From Octopus bimaculoides (Eukaryota), in contig NW_026316409.1 in NCBI RefSeq assembly GCF_001194135.2, positions 1 to 33,756 of the forward strand: 33,756 bases of DNA, read 5' to 3'. This document shows positions 11,634-23,826 of the stretch, piece by piece; the first letter of the stretch is position 1, and each line of letters opens with the position of its first letter. A program made the position numbers and the translations under genes. The notes under the pieces are model-generated. The model was not told the DNA's origin. It was given only the letters and a program-made list of their open reading frames with translations, and did no database searches.

Positions 11634-11829
11634 ATTCACAAATTTGTATGTGAGCGAGTTCATTCCCAGCTGTGTATATACATATGTACATTCATGGTTG
11701 TGTAAGTGTGTATGTACATTCAGTTGTGTATCTGTGTGTACATTCAAAGGTGTGTGAGTGTGTGTCTGTGTGTATACATTTACAGTTGTGTGTGTGCATT
11801 CAAAAGTGTGTCTCTGTGTGTATATTCAA

Positions 11830-11874
<45 letters not shown>

Positions 11875-11960
11875 NNNNNNNNNNTGTGTGTGTGTGTGTG
11901 TGTGTGTGTGTTGGTGTGTGTGTGTGTGTGTACACACAGAGGTGTGTATGTGTGTACATG
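11565..11960. repeat. Compound (TG)n microsatellite with ~25-nt units containing CATTCA(AAGG); 10-N gap at 11875-11884
   Basis: Direct reading. Confidence 0.9.
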
Positions 11961-12350
11961 TTCGCAAAGCAAATGATAGGAAAGTTATGAATCATATTCA
12001 AGAGATTCATTGACTGAAGCTTCACCACTAACTGCCACAACATTCATTGCTGGTCTCAAAGACACATATATACCCAAAGTACTGAAGATCCAACACCTTA
12101 TATTGTCAAGACCTTTATTGATTAATCAACTGAAACATACCTCATATCTTTGTTAGAAATTATTATTATTATTATTTCTACAATACTCATAGCATTTCAA
12201 AGACCTTGTGTCTGAAAAGAACATTCTATGAAGCAGACATTATCTGCAAAATTAAAGTCAGGAAATGATCAAGGAACAAGGCAATTATTGGAAGCTTGTG
12301 CATTGCTTGTAATTTAACATGTGAAGAAGAAAAGCAGTTAGGAATCTTAC

Positions 12351-12528
12351 CAGATAATGTTGACTTAGGTGTTTCAATCTCCAAAGATTCCGAGCCAAGG
12401 AGGGCAGGCGGTTGATGTAGTTGATAAAGTAGTTTAAGACGACTAGCCAGTTCACCTTTGCAAACAATGCCCAGAATCCAGACAAATTCCTTGAAGTTAA
12501 TCATATAGTCTTTATTTTCATCCAAAAA
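12351..12528 (-). CDS. TBC1D9: TBC1D9 exon (178 nt, phase 0/1) with EF-hand loop DENKDYMINFKE
   Basis: tttcag|TTT TTG GAT...TCT G|gtaaga; FLDENKDYMINFKEFVWILGIVCKGELASRLKLLYQLHQPPALLGSESLEIETPKSTLS; EF-hand ligand positions D1, N3, D5, N9, E12. Confidence 0.96.
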
Positions 12529-12887
12529 CTGAAATATGAAGAAGTCATAAAGTAGTTGAGTTTAGACAAGAGAAGAGCGTCAAAACCTAATGGTTTTTTG
12601 GAAGTGAATTCCTCATAGACTAGAGAAGTTGGGGGTTTAAATTACTGCAGACTGGTGAGGAGTTCTAGAGGGTGGCATTTGCAGGGATAACTCTTAAGAG
12701 GAAGTGCTTGTGAGGAGAAGCATATTAAGAATAACACAAGGAGAGGTGGGTGAGGGAGGGTCCATAGTTTGGGAGTTGAGAGAAACATAAATGATTGTTG
12801 TATTATAAGTTGCAGTGTTTGTCAGTGAATCCTGACCAAGCACTCGTACATATCTGTACACTGACACAGAAATGCACACATGCACAT

Positions 12888-14440
12888 TAGGGTGGAGCGA
12901 GAAAGGTACTTTTTACACAGATTTTCAAAATACGTTTTCAAGGATATATTTTTTATTGCGAAACCCTTTAAAAACAACTGTGTTAACATCTGAAGTTCTT
13001 AAATTTACATCTTCAGGATCTGCAGCCCACTTAAAATTTTGAATAATGAGCAAAAAATCAATTAACATGTTTGCCATTCCTCATTTTATTTTTTACATTC
13101 ATTGTTATGAATTGATTTTCTTCAGCAAAATCCTTTAAAAACAAGAGTATTAAAATCTCAAGCTCTAAAATTTATATCTCCAGGGTCCGCAACGCACTTG
13201 AAATTTTGAAATTATGAGAAATAAACAGACTTTTCGACTCTGTTTTCTTTATTATTTTTAATACTAGGTCACTGATTATATGCGTTACAAGAGGTCTAGA
13301 TTACACACACATTGAAATAAATTAAACAAATTGTCAAGATTGTAGTAGAAAAGATAATTCTTCTTTGGCAAAAGACATTCATACTTTGTGTTACGACTGA
13401 GTCAGTTAAACCGAAAATCTTAAACTTTCCTTTGCTGATGTAGAAGGGCAACTGTGATCTGGCCAATTCTTTCTAATCTACTTCTGAATGTTGTTTAGAT
13501 ACTGCTTGACCTATTCTGCCAATGATCATTTCTTGATTTGTCTGCAGATCCTGTAAAAAATCTTGTTCTCTCTGTGGTACTTTTTTGTCTATACTTCAAT
13601 TGCAGTTTTTAAAGGAGTTGCACTTGCAACAGGAAATGTCAAATAAGTCTTTTGTTGCATTGTTTTTAAACACATTACACTTTGTTTGAAACGATGGCAC
13701 ATTTCTTTCTATTTTTCAGATTTTAGTAATGCTTCGTACTTTAAATAAAAGATTTTCAGTTGGATGGATGCCTTTTGCCAAAGAAGAATTATCTTTTCTG
13801 CTACAATCTTGACAATTTGTTTAATTGAAGGATCTTTCTTAATTACATTCTTTTCTTTTTCTCGTTCAAATAAAACACATTTTAACACATCCTTGTAAGT
13901 TAGCAAAACTTGCTCGTTAAGATCACATGGAGTACCAAATATTGGGCATTCAGTACCATGACACGTTATTGGCTTATGAGTCATCACTAAATTTAACATG
14001 ATCATTAATTTTAATACAATGGCCTAAAGTCAAGGAACAAAGCTGAAAACTTCACACACATACGACGTATGTGCACATGCAATGATTGTTGCAGCAGCAC
14101 TGGAGAGAAGTTCACACTCCCGTTCTCTTTATAGTCAATGCGGAACCTCAAGATATTAGTCAACTGTATTGAAACTTGATATGCAACCTCTTAAGGACAC
14201 TATATTTACTGTTTTGCACTCTGCTATGTAGAAATATGTATTTGTTATGACTTATAATCCATGAAATCCAAAATTCAACCAAAAAATAATGATTTTGAAA
14301 ATTTTCAATTGTGGCGCAGAGCCTAAAAAGAGATATTTAACTGCAAAGTTTTTTATACACCTTTCTTTTAATCCTCATTTGCTACAAAATATCGATTCTT
14401 GGTTACCAATTTCGAAAGTTGCATTTTTTGCTCCTCTCTA
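12888..14440 (-). mobile_element. hAT-superfamily (hATm-like) DNA transposon, 1553 bp, internally deleted
   Basis: Perfect 8-bp TSD ATGCACAT at 12880-12887 and 14441-14448; imperfect TIRs TAGGGTGGAGCGAGAAAGG / TAGAGAGGAGCAAAAAATG (14/19 identical); two ~100-bp subterminal repeats near 12957 and 13123; transposase remnant inside. Confidence 0.85.
13420..14005 (-). pseudogene. N-terminal hATm-like transposase remnant with stops and frameshifts
   Basis: ECPIFGTP.DL..QVL.TYKDVLK, IVAEKIILLWQKASI, then after a frameshift DLFDISCCKC...KKVPQREQDFLQDLQ..QEMIIG; no catalytic core is recognisable. Confidence 0.72.
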
Positions 14441-15076
14441 ATGCACATTCAGGTACCAAATTCCTTTTTACTCATTCTGCAAGGGAAACTTTATGCTCTA
14501 AGTAGTTGTTACATTTGTGATTAGAGCTCTTTGTAAAGACATGACAGGGAGCAGAGTATGAATAGAGTCTTTACTGAGATCCACAACAGAGAACAATCCA
14601 GAAAGATTGGGAAAAGAAAACTGAGAGAAATGTTCAGAGTTGTTTGTTGACGTGTGTGTGATTATATATATATATAGTATATTAAAGGGGATTTGTGAAA
14701 TACAGGCAGTTATGTCAGCCAGCACTTATGCAAATAGTGGTTAATGCATGGGAGGATATGTTTGATTAGTTTATTCATTCTTGAGGAGATGAGAGATGGG
14801 TCACAATTAATATAGCTTAAAATTACATAATCATTATTTATATTCATGATTATATATTTTATACTATGTTAAATGATTTGAATCACCTATCACTGAAACA
14901 GTTATAATCTTAGAATACTTCCATTATTTTACTTGTCATACTTTGTAATTGACAAAAGTATTTCCTAGATTTTCAGTTTGAAACCTTGAAATAAAACTGA
15001 ATAATGACATATAGTTAAAGTATACAAAAGCTCAAAATTAAAGCAAAACTTCTGCTGTGGGAAATATTTTGCTCAC

Positions 15077-15268
15077 CCTGAATGCCCTCAGAGTCAGATT
15101 TTCTGCATGGTTTCCGGTAGCCCATGGACAAAGGGAAAAAAACATGGTCTTAAACTGATCAAAGTCTACTTTATACTGCTCATAGTATGGACGTGATGGG
15201 TCAAATTTATCAATGGTATCCACTGGTTGTTGACTGGTCCGCCAGTAACATGATGTTAAATACTCCTC
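15077..15268 (-). CDS. TBC1D9: TBC1D9 exon (192 nt, phase 0/0): EEYLTSCYWRTSQQPVDTIDKFDPSRPYYEQYKVDFDQFKTMFFSLCPWATGNHAENLTLRAFR
   Basis: ttgcag|GAG...AGG|gtgagc; LTSCYW, DPS.PY.EQY..DF.QF and PWA.G.H motifs. Confidence 0.96.
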
Positions 15269-16228
15269 CTGCAAAGAAAACAACAAAATAAAGGGTTTTA
15301 TTCAAATCAATTTTCAGTTTTCTTTTTTAACTCTGAAACAGAAGAATTTCAAATGATACTTAACTCAGCTGAACTGAAATACAACTTAAAGTGTAGAACA
15401 AACTTAGAAACAGTCCCTACTCTAATGTTGTATGTAACCTAAAAGAAAGAATTATCAGAAAACCACTCAGACTAAGATTTAATATGATTTAATTTAAACA
15501 TTTTGTAGTATTGTACTCCTGCTAAGATTGCTATGACTGTGTGGTTAAGAAATCTGATTGGAATCATTTTGATTTCAGGTTGTCCCAAGTGCAGCACCTT
15601 GTGCCAGGCCAACCAATATCTTATAATTGAATTTGGAAGACGGAAGCTGTCACTTCCTGTTTGTGTGTCTGTGCATGCGTGTGCATGTTTGTGTGTATGC
15701 ATGAACTTGAATGTCTGTGTTAATGTAACAGCACTTCAGATTTTGTTTCCTTATGTGCTTGTAACTTAGTGCCTCTGCAATTAGGCACTTCTAGGCACAG
15801 GAACTCCAATACAGGCTCAGGCAAATGACTGAAACTAGCAAAAGAATAAAAAAGGATTTATTTGCACCATCTCCTATTAGATGTACAACAACCATGTGGA
15901 TATGGTGCTAGATCTCTGAACATGTGGCTGATAGTTCACACTACTACTCTACAAGTAGTAGTAGTATAACAGCCATTCCCTCTACCCTCTAAACTGGTAA
16001 ATATTTTATAAAAAAAATAATTTACTAAGAAATTTGAACCCAGAATATCAACTTAGGCAACTGAAAACATGAACTATTATTCTGGTGCTTAAATAAATTA
16101 GGGTGAAGACAGTACTTAATTAGTTTGTTTAAATGAATTTCCTACTTCACAGCTGAGTTATTAGCAGCAGGAAATACAAGCAAAGAAAGGTATAGGCAAA
16201 ACATTAATGGGAAAAGAAATAATATACG

Positions 16229-16438
16229 TTTCAAATTTTGGCACAAGGCCAGCAATTTTGGGGAAGCAGCTAAGTTGATTTCATCAACTTCAATACTCAA
16301 TTAGTACTTATTTCATCGACCCAAAAGGATGAAAGGCAAAGTCAACCTCAGTCGAATTTGAAATCAGAACGTAAAAATGGACAACATACTGCTAAGCTTT
16401 TTGTCTGGTATGCTAACAATTCTACCAGCTTGCTGCCT
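16229..16438 (-). mobile_element. Family-B SINE
   Basis: GGCACAAGGCC...AAAAGGATGAAAGGCAAAGTCAACCTC...GAATTTGAA.TCAGAACGTAA...TTCTACCAGCTTGCTGCC. Confidence 0.85.
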
Positions 16439-16489
16439 TAAATGGAGAAGGAATAATATTATGAATGGAGCAGATACAGTTTAATGATA

Positions 16490-16712
16490 TGACCCTTTAG
16501 CATTTAAAATAGCCATAACTAACTTAACTATTCAACCAGTTTTATGTCAAAACTGGCCAGATCTGGTCTCCCACATCTATCCTACAATGTCATTCTAAAA
16601 CTAAGGAATCACAGGAAAATGTTTTAGCTACAAGATAATGCATGATTAATTCAAAATTATGTAAATAAACAAGCATTGCATTTGTGAGAGTAACCTGTGT
16701 GCTAAAGGGTCA
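16490..16712. mobile_element. piggyBac-type MITE, family D
   Basis: Perfect 13-bp inverted termini TGACCCTTTAGCA / TGCTAAAGGGTCA (CCC...GGG ends, TTAA-like flanks). Confidence 0.8.
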
Positions 16713-17187
16713 AACCCACTACAATTTCAGGTGACTTTATTGATGCTGGAGGAAGAAATTATGTACATTATCATTTCGACATCTGCTGTTCTTGTTGATT
16801 ATCTTCATTGGCAGCCCTGATTAAGAAATCCTGATCCAGGATATCTATGTTTCAGCAGATATGTGATCCATGATCATCCAATGTTTTTGTTAAACCAAAT
16901 ATCAACTCTACATTTTACTATTCATTCTTCCTTTTCTAAGGTGGGAATATGTAATTTGAAGGAGATTTGGTTGTTATTTCTAGCAAATAAAACGACAACA
17001 AAGAGGCTTCTTCACACAGTCAGTTAGTTGCTGTTTAAACTCAGAGAAGCCTTGATCAAAGAGACCAATGATAAAAAATCATTCCAGCCATAACCAAGCC
17101 ATCTTTTATTCACATACAGAAGAGAAAAACCATTATGGCAATTTAGTTCCAAACATTGGCTGATATTTCTACAGGTCCAACAACTGT

Positions 17188-17398
17188 TTAACTCTTGATA
17201 TTAACCTGCCAGAAACCACCTCTGGCTCTGTAGTACAAATGTATTGTTTCCAAAATTTCTCAAATAAATCTTCCACCAAACCTTAGTCACAATTAATGTT
17301 CCTAACACTAGCTTAATGATAACTAAGTTATTTTACTGAATGCTTTGTTATATTAAAAATTAATTGAAAGAAACAGTAATATGGTAACAAAAGAGTTA
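17188..17398. mobile_element. piggyBac-type MITE, family E
   Basis: TTAACTCTTG... / ...CAAAAGAGTTA; body matches the copy at 30949-31177. Confidence 0.75.
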
Positions 17399-17485
17399 CA
17401 CATTTGTTCATTTTGTCTAATGGTAGCTAAAGGCTGAATATGGTACTACCATTGACCATACCACAAAGAATTTCAAAAAACTTAC

Positions 17486-17584
17486 TCGAAACAAGATGTA
17501 TAAGTCTTCAAGTTCCTTCCCTTCAAACACTGTCTCTGATGCTACACTGCGAAGAATATTCTTCATTGTACTGTCCTCAATGTT
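17486..17584 (-). CDS. TBC1D9: TBC1D9 exon (99 nt, phase 0/0): NIEDSTMKNILRSVASETVFEGKELEDLYILFR
   Basis: ttctag|AAC...CGA|gtaagt; ELEDLY..F motif. Confidence 0.93.
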
Positions 17585-18066
17585 CTAGAAATGCAACAAA
17601 TAGAAATACAGGGTCAAACAGAACATCAAGTTTAACAGAGTTTTAACAATTTTTTGTTTTTTTACATCAGCCTGATCTTTTGATGATGAATGTTTAAGTG
17701 AAAAGCTGAACTATTCATATATGCAATTGATAAAAAGGTGAACCATTTGGACATGCTATTGATAATAAGTAATCCCCAAAACCCAGACTTCGGTGACAAT
17801 AATAAAAAAACTCATTTCTACGCAGGATTTTATTTTTTGTAAATCTATCAAATGACTCCAAACTGCTGACACAACAACACATTTTCTTGCCAAATTTTGA
17901 CAGAATTCAAAAATTAAAAAAAAGCCCAACTTTCTTCCTTTTAGCCAATTAATGCAGGGAATAGAGGCATTTTATAAGAAGTGACAAAAATGATGTGAAG
18001 ACAATTATGCAAGTTGGTTCTGGGACCTGGTTACGTATGGTTGTAAGAAGTTAACAAAGCACTTAC

Positions 18067-18177
18067 TTGGACTACTTTCAGGCGATATTTCAGCCGCAGT
18101 TTTTCAATATCTTGATTTGTTATGTGACTATAACATCTGTAACTCTCATCTATAAGGTCTGCTACATCAACTGACGG
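18067..18177 (-). CDS. TBC1D9: TBC1D9 exon (111 nt, phase 0/0): PSVDVADLIDESYRCYSHITNQDIEKLRLKYRLKVVQ
   Basis: atgtag|CCG...CAA|gtaagt; IE.LR.K.RLKV.Q motif. Confidence 0.93.
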
Positions 18178-18389
18178 CTACATGGGAGAACAGAAATATA
18201 AGAGACATAAAGATATATACACATGAAGAGTGTGTGTACGAAACAGATAAAGGCATATTGACAAATGAATGTAAGACAGTCTCACAAACAAGAGAGAGAG
18301 AGAGAGAGAGCAGATAGCTGAATCACAAAGAGCCTATATAACCTGACAGAAGCCAGTGTTTGGTGTCATGTGACCAGCACTGTGTTACA

Positions 18390-18961
18390 TTCAGCGCAAT
18401 GACACTCAATTCTAAACAGACAAATCTAGATACACATGGTAAAAGTTATGTTCTGTGTTTGATAGGATATGAAGTGTGTCATCTGTCATACTGTATTAAA
18501 CCCTAACCAAATAGTTAACATGGAAAAGTAATGTTGTCATTTGGAAGCATTGCACAAAAATTTGCAGAAAAAGCACCCATCATTGATTAATCATATAGAA
18601 GTGTTATTCTCAGATGATAATGCAAGAGCACACATTGCTCAAGTCCCTTAGGAAAAGATTACAGCACACAATATGGCAGTTTTACCTCATCCTCCTTATT
18701 CTCTCTCAACCTTGGTCCACCTGATTATCATCTATAATTGCAACATTATTTAGAGGGGAAATAATTCATTGATCATGAAGAGGTTTTATAGGCGTAGGAG
18801 TGGCTGTGTGGTAAGTAGCTAGTTTACCAACCACATGGTCCCGGGTTCAGTCCCACTGCGCGGCATCTTGGGCAAGTGTCTTCTACTATAGCCTCGGGCC
18901 AACCAAAGCCTTGTGAGTGGATTTGGTAGACGGAAACTGAAAGAAGCCCGTCGTATATATG

Positions 18962-18992
<31 letters not shown>

Positions 18993-19399
18993 GTGTATGT
19001 TTGTATGTGTGTGTTTGTCCCCCCAACATCGCTTGACAACCGATGCTGGTGTGTTTATGTCCCCGTAACTTAGTGGTTCGGCAATAGAGACCGATAGAAT
19101 AAGTACTAGGCTTCTGAAGAATAAGTCCTGGGGTCGATTTGCTCGACTAAAAGGCGGTGCTCCGGCATGGCCACAGTCAAAAGACTGAAACAAGTAAAAG
19201 AGTAAAAGAGTAAAAGAGGTGATGTTGAGTGTTTCTTTGCTTCAAATGCTTGAGGGATCAACAATTTGCAAATAGATAGGATTGTGTTTTCAGTAATGGA
19301 AGGCAATATTATTTTGTTTAAATACAAAAATTAAGAGCAAAGAAATATTTATTTATTTCCTCTCTTGAAATGTGATAGGATTTTCTTTCTAACCTAATA
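18390..19399 (+). mobile_element. Tc1/mariner (mariner-type) transposon relic, 3' half, interrupted by a SINE at 18791-19218
   Basis: Decayed translation KVMFCV**DMKCVI...KHPSLIN..EVLFSDDNARAH...VLPHPPYS..LGPPDYHL..LQHYLEGK*F.DHEEV [SINE] DVECFFAS..GINNL; ends ...CTAACCTAATA, a mariner-like TIR plus TA. Confidence 0.85.
18791..19218 (+). mobile_element. tRNA-derived SINE, family A, young full-length copy
   Basis: GGCGTAGGAGTGGCTGTGTGGTAAG...GGGTTCAGTCCC; CpGs retained; tail (GTAAAAGA)x3. Confidence 0.92.
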
Positions 19400-19948
19400 C
19401 ATATCTGTACGTATATGTGTGTGTGAATGTGTATGTGTCTCATTGTCTTGAAATCATGTGATAGTTGTAAATGATTGTCACTGTCATACAAGCAGCATCA
19501 TTCATTTCCAATATTCTGCACAAATATGCTTAACCATTGAGGAAATATTAGCTTGCTTGGAAACAGTTGTGGGTTGGCAACTGGCTATAGAAAATCTGTT
19601 TCAATAAACTTTGTTTGACCAAAATAATACCGAGTGGAATCAGACTTGAAATCACTTGGCTGCAAAGTGAACTTGTTAACCATTCAGCCATGCCTGTGAT
19701 AAATACATACCCACAAAAAATTATATCCACCCCTTTTCTAAGTTTAAATGTATAGAATAATACTGTCAGATGTTCTTCCTAGTGCTGGCCACTTAACGGT
19801 GAGTATAAAATCTCTTTTGGTTAGTCAGAAACACTCATCTACACAAATGATTACCACAACAAGATTTCAACATATCATCATGTAGTCAGTAGTCCAGTAC
19901 CTTAACCTCACTGACATTATATACCTCATTCAAAATATATGAGATTTA

Positions 19949-20229
19949 TTTTTCATGACACCAGCTCTAGAGAGATAACCATGTCCTTGACATAACCAAA
20001 GAGGCTTCACAATGCCAAATATTGCTCACTTGCCTGCGTCTTTACAGAGTGAGAAGCATAGAGTAACAGAGGCATAAATGATAGTGATGAGAAAGACGTG
20101 TGGTAAGGGGTGGAGTGATAGGACACTCAGTATTCTGAGATTGTTGGTGGAGATGACAGAAGTCTTGGTTGTATGCAAGGGAAAGAACAATAATAGTATG
20201 TTGGCATGAGTGACATGGAGAAATGACAA
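19949..20229 (+). repeat. Unclassified dispersed repeat, copy 1 (inverted relative to 29982-30257)
   Basis: About 280 bp aligning to the reverse complement of 29982-30257 at roughly 85-90% identity by eye. Confidence 0.88.
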
Positions 20230-20868
20230 ACCAATACAAAATCATATACAACACTATATGGTAGCCTGAAATGCAAGAAATAGTGACCAAATCCCACTCA
20301 AATCAAACTCAACTCTCTTTAAGGAAAAGACACTGAATAGTATAATCTAAGATATGTAATGCCTGAAAAAAGGCAGAATGGTAATGTGAGAAATGTCATT
20401 AATTACAGGTCTTGAGATCAGAGCTGGAAACCAGAGGGTAATCTTGTCCAGAAGTTGATCCTTAATATCTTTCAATAAAATGTAAAACAAAATGTTTGAA
20501 ATCAGATGTGTCTTTCACATGTACTTTTATCTGATCATCAAAGATATGACACTGTCTATACAGACACCTAGAGGATACATGATTCAGCTGTACTGAAGTA
20601 GATCAAATCCTAACAACAATGGAAATAGAAATCCTTTGATTACATGTACTCCCTAAATTGGTCAACTTCTTACATTTCTTCAGTCTCAGAATGTATTTTC
20701 ACAGACTGAACTTTTTGTTTAAGCTAAAATTTGAACTCATGACCACATAGTCTGTAACCCAGCATCAGCCATTACAGATTTTAGCCACAATATGTCTGTT
20801 AATGTGTATCATATCAAAACTATAACAGACCAAGAAGTTAGATTTTTAGAATGGTCTGCAATACTCAC

Positions 20869-21045
20869 CTTTTGTGGTGTTGATGGCATTGAAGAAGTGT
20901 GTAGTACAACAGGCATTGTGGAGTCATGGCTGGTGACATTCTCCAGATAATTGGTCAGAACTGTCATTGCTTCACCATCTTCATGACAGCTTAGTAATTC
21001 TTCACTTTTGTTTTCTAAGATTGTCAAAGCAATTTGGAAAATGAC
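20869..21045 (-). CDS. TBC1D9: TBC1D9 exon (177 nt, phase 0/0): VIFQIALTILENKSEELLSCHEDGEAMTVLTNYLENVTSHDSTMPVVLHTSSMPSTPQK
   Basis: ctgcag|GTC...AAG|gtgagt; DGEAMTVL..YL..V family motif. Confidence 0.96.
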
Positions 21046-22464
21046 CTGCAGTAAGATAAGCAAAGTTCATGCATTTTTGCTTCATAAATAACCAAATCAA
21101 AATAACCAGTTAACTCTTTTCTTACCATATTGTTATTGAAAGACAATGCTTGCTCTTATTTTGATTAATTTTGAAAATAAGAATTTAAATAGTTTCTCCT
21201 TTATTGTTTCATATCCTAAACTTTTTTTATAGCTTAATTGGCAAAGGAAATACAGCACTTAAAACCTTGAAAGGAAAAAGAATCCTCAACAAGATACAAT
21301 CCATCAGAAAGGAATCCATACAGTTTCCTACACATCACTCACAAACCTTGGCTCAACTTGTAGCTTTAGTAGAAACCACTTACCCAGGGTACCACAGATT
21401 CATGAAGATGTAAAGGAAGCTTCTTAAACATACAGTTATGCTGGCAGTTCACAAGAAATATGGTAAATATTCTAGGTAACAGAAGACTAAGAACATTTTT
21501 GATTGTCTGGTTTAAGACACAATTTTGGCTTGTCTTTTATTTGTCTTCTTTGCTTAATTCATTGTAAATATTGAAAATTACATTACAGTTTGTGTAGGGA
21601 ACTCTGTAAAATTATACTGCAAATACTTTTTAATAATCAAATCATTCCTTAATATATTCATGAATGTTCCTGCTATAATTACAATAACATTCAAACCTAT
21701 TTTATAATAAAGTCAATGACAGGTGTTGTAATACTACTGATAGATGATGGTCATCATCATACAGAGATATGAGGGAAGGAAGCTCACTGAAGGATTAGTT
21801 GAAAATAAAACTACCACATACTACACATATAACATACAACTCTGAACTTGTAAACTTTCTGCCAGCACACCACCAAAGCTTACTTAATTCACCAACCCCG
21901 ATCTTTTCTATGCTGAAACAACCATTCTCTAGAATTACTTCCATATCATGCTTTCTAAGTTCAATTCAAATGCTTTCACTTCATCAGACTAGCAGGGCCA
22001 GCAAAAGCAATGGGCACTGCTTCTTCTCTCTGGAATAAGAAATAAATAAAGACAATGCAAGATGAAAATATGTAGATACAATCATATAATGATGGCTATA
22101 TCACTCAATTCTACAACAAGTAACTCAACTCACATTCAACCTCTATGGCATGAAGCCAACGTGAAAGCCTCAACATTACAGTAGCTAAGTCTCCTTGTAA
22201 TCTTTAAAAAATGGAAGGACACACCCAATAATGTAATCCTTGACATATCATGACAAAATAAATAGATCTGATGGTCTTGGCTGGAATGAGCTGACCTAGG
22301 GCTAATCAACAACTTCCTTAGTAAATTAACAAGCCAACAGGCTATTCTCAACCCATTCTTCCTCATCATTTCCTGCAAATATTTAACATTTCAGATCATG
22401 GTTTACAGCAATAATACAATAACAAGTTTTCTAAGCATACAAAGGTTATATAGATTTGACTTAC

Positions 22465-22525
22465 CTTAGCACCATCATAGAAGAAGCAGTCCAAGATATT
22501 CACAGCACAGTTAAATGGCATTACA
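22465..22525 (-). CDS. TBC1D9: TBC1D9 exon (61 nt, phase 2/0): VMPFNCAVNILDCFFYDGAK
   Basis: ctctag|T GTA...AAG|gtaagt. Confidence 0.95.
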
Positions 22526-22560
22526 CTAGAGACAGAAGAAGACAAATATATATATATTAT

Positions 22561-22590
<30 letters not shown>

Positions 22591-22591
<1 letters not shown>

Positions 22592-22968
22592 GAGGCGCAA
22601 TGGTCCAGTGGTTAGAGCAGCAGACTCGCGGTTATAGGATTGTGGTTTCAATTCCCAGACCAGGCGTTGTGAGTGTTTATTGAGCGAAAGCACTTAAAGC
22701 TTCACGAAGCTCCAGGCAAATGTGTGGGGGGGGGGGGGGGTTAACCCTGCTGTACTCTTTCACCACAATTTTCTCTCACTTTTTCTTCCTGTTTCTGTTG
22801 TACCTGTTTTTCAAAGGGCCAGCCTTGTCACACTCTGTGTCACACTGAATCTTTCTGAGAACTACATTAAGGGGACATGTGTCTGTGGAATGCTCAGCCA
22901 CTTGCACGTTAATTTCATGAGCAGGCTGTTCCATTGATTGGATCAACTGGAACCCTCGTCATTGTACC
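22591..22968 (+). mobile_element. tRNA(Arg)-like-headed SINE, family G, consistent with the published octopus OR-type SINEs
   Basis: Head GGAGGCGCAATGGTCCAGTGGTTAGAGCAGCAGACTCGCGG...GGTTTCAATTCCC with A/B boxes and a TCG anticodon-like position; body ends CACGTTAATTTCATGAGCAGGCTG...GGAACCCTCGTC. Family name from recall. Confidence 0.8.
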
Positions 22969-23826
22969 TGCTGTAATATGTGTGTGTAATGTACATATAC
23001 ATCTCATCATCATCCACTTTTCCATGCTTGCATGGGTCAGATGGAATTTATTTGTAGAAGGTTTTCTACAGCTGTTACCAACCCTCACCTGTTTCCAAGC
23101 AAAATAATACTATCCCATACCTGGACATGTTCACAAACAATATTGGAAATGAATGGCTTGGCTTGTATGACTGTGACACATTTACAACTATCACATGATG
23201 TCAAGACAAGGAGCCACAGGAACATATGAACTCAAGAACATATGGCTGGGAAGCAAACTTCTTATCACACAGGCATGCCTGTACACACACACACACACAC
23301 AAACACACATATACACACACACTAGCAGAAAGACCGCCCTCTGGGCAGTTTTCTGCTAGTCCTTTGATAATATATTCACATTTGATTCCCATTTCAAATA
23401 ATTTTTATATTTCACTTCTAATTATTTCTTTGTATAATAAGTGCTCACTTGCTTAGTAAATATTGCTTTCATTATTTTATCACAGTCATAATCTCTCATT
23501 TTAAAACAAACATCACGGTAGTCCAACAACAGAGGGAGAAGCAGTTTGTCAAGTTTTACCTTCCCCTCAAAGCAACACAGAGATTTCAATTCAGTAGCCC
23601 ATCTGTAAGCTTTGCAGTGTATGTGTGTGAGAAGGAGAGAGAACATTGCAACCAATGAATGAAATAAACATGAAATGAAAAAATTGTATAAATAAAGAGG
23701 CATTACTACAGATGTATATACCCCCGGCTTTGTTGCCTCATAACATCCAGAAAAATGGAAACTTTTTAACAAAATTTTCTACAAATACTGCTTAGATGTT
23801 GTGGCTTCAGAGTATATAGGGATTTT

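Noticed and set aside
11562-12043. Several 60-113 aa ORFs rich in CV/HT
   Set aside because: Translations of (TG)n/(CA)n repeats that span an N gap.
22136-22372. Phase-0-compatible acceptor (TTTGCAG|GAA at 22372) with an ~78-codon frame as an alternative exon
   Set aside because: Weak polypyrimidine tract, no family similarity, and the frame is the antisense of a family-F repeat.
22591-22665. tRNA genes at SINE heads (also 6288, 18791, 24574)
   Set aside because: A/B boxes are present, but there is no intact cloverleaf and each runs directly into a SINE body.
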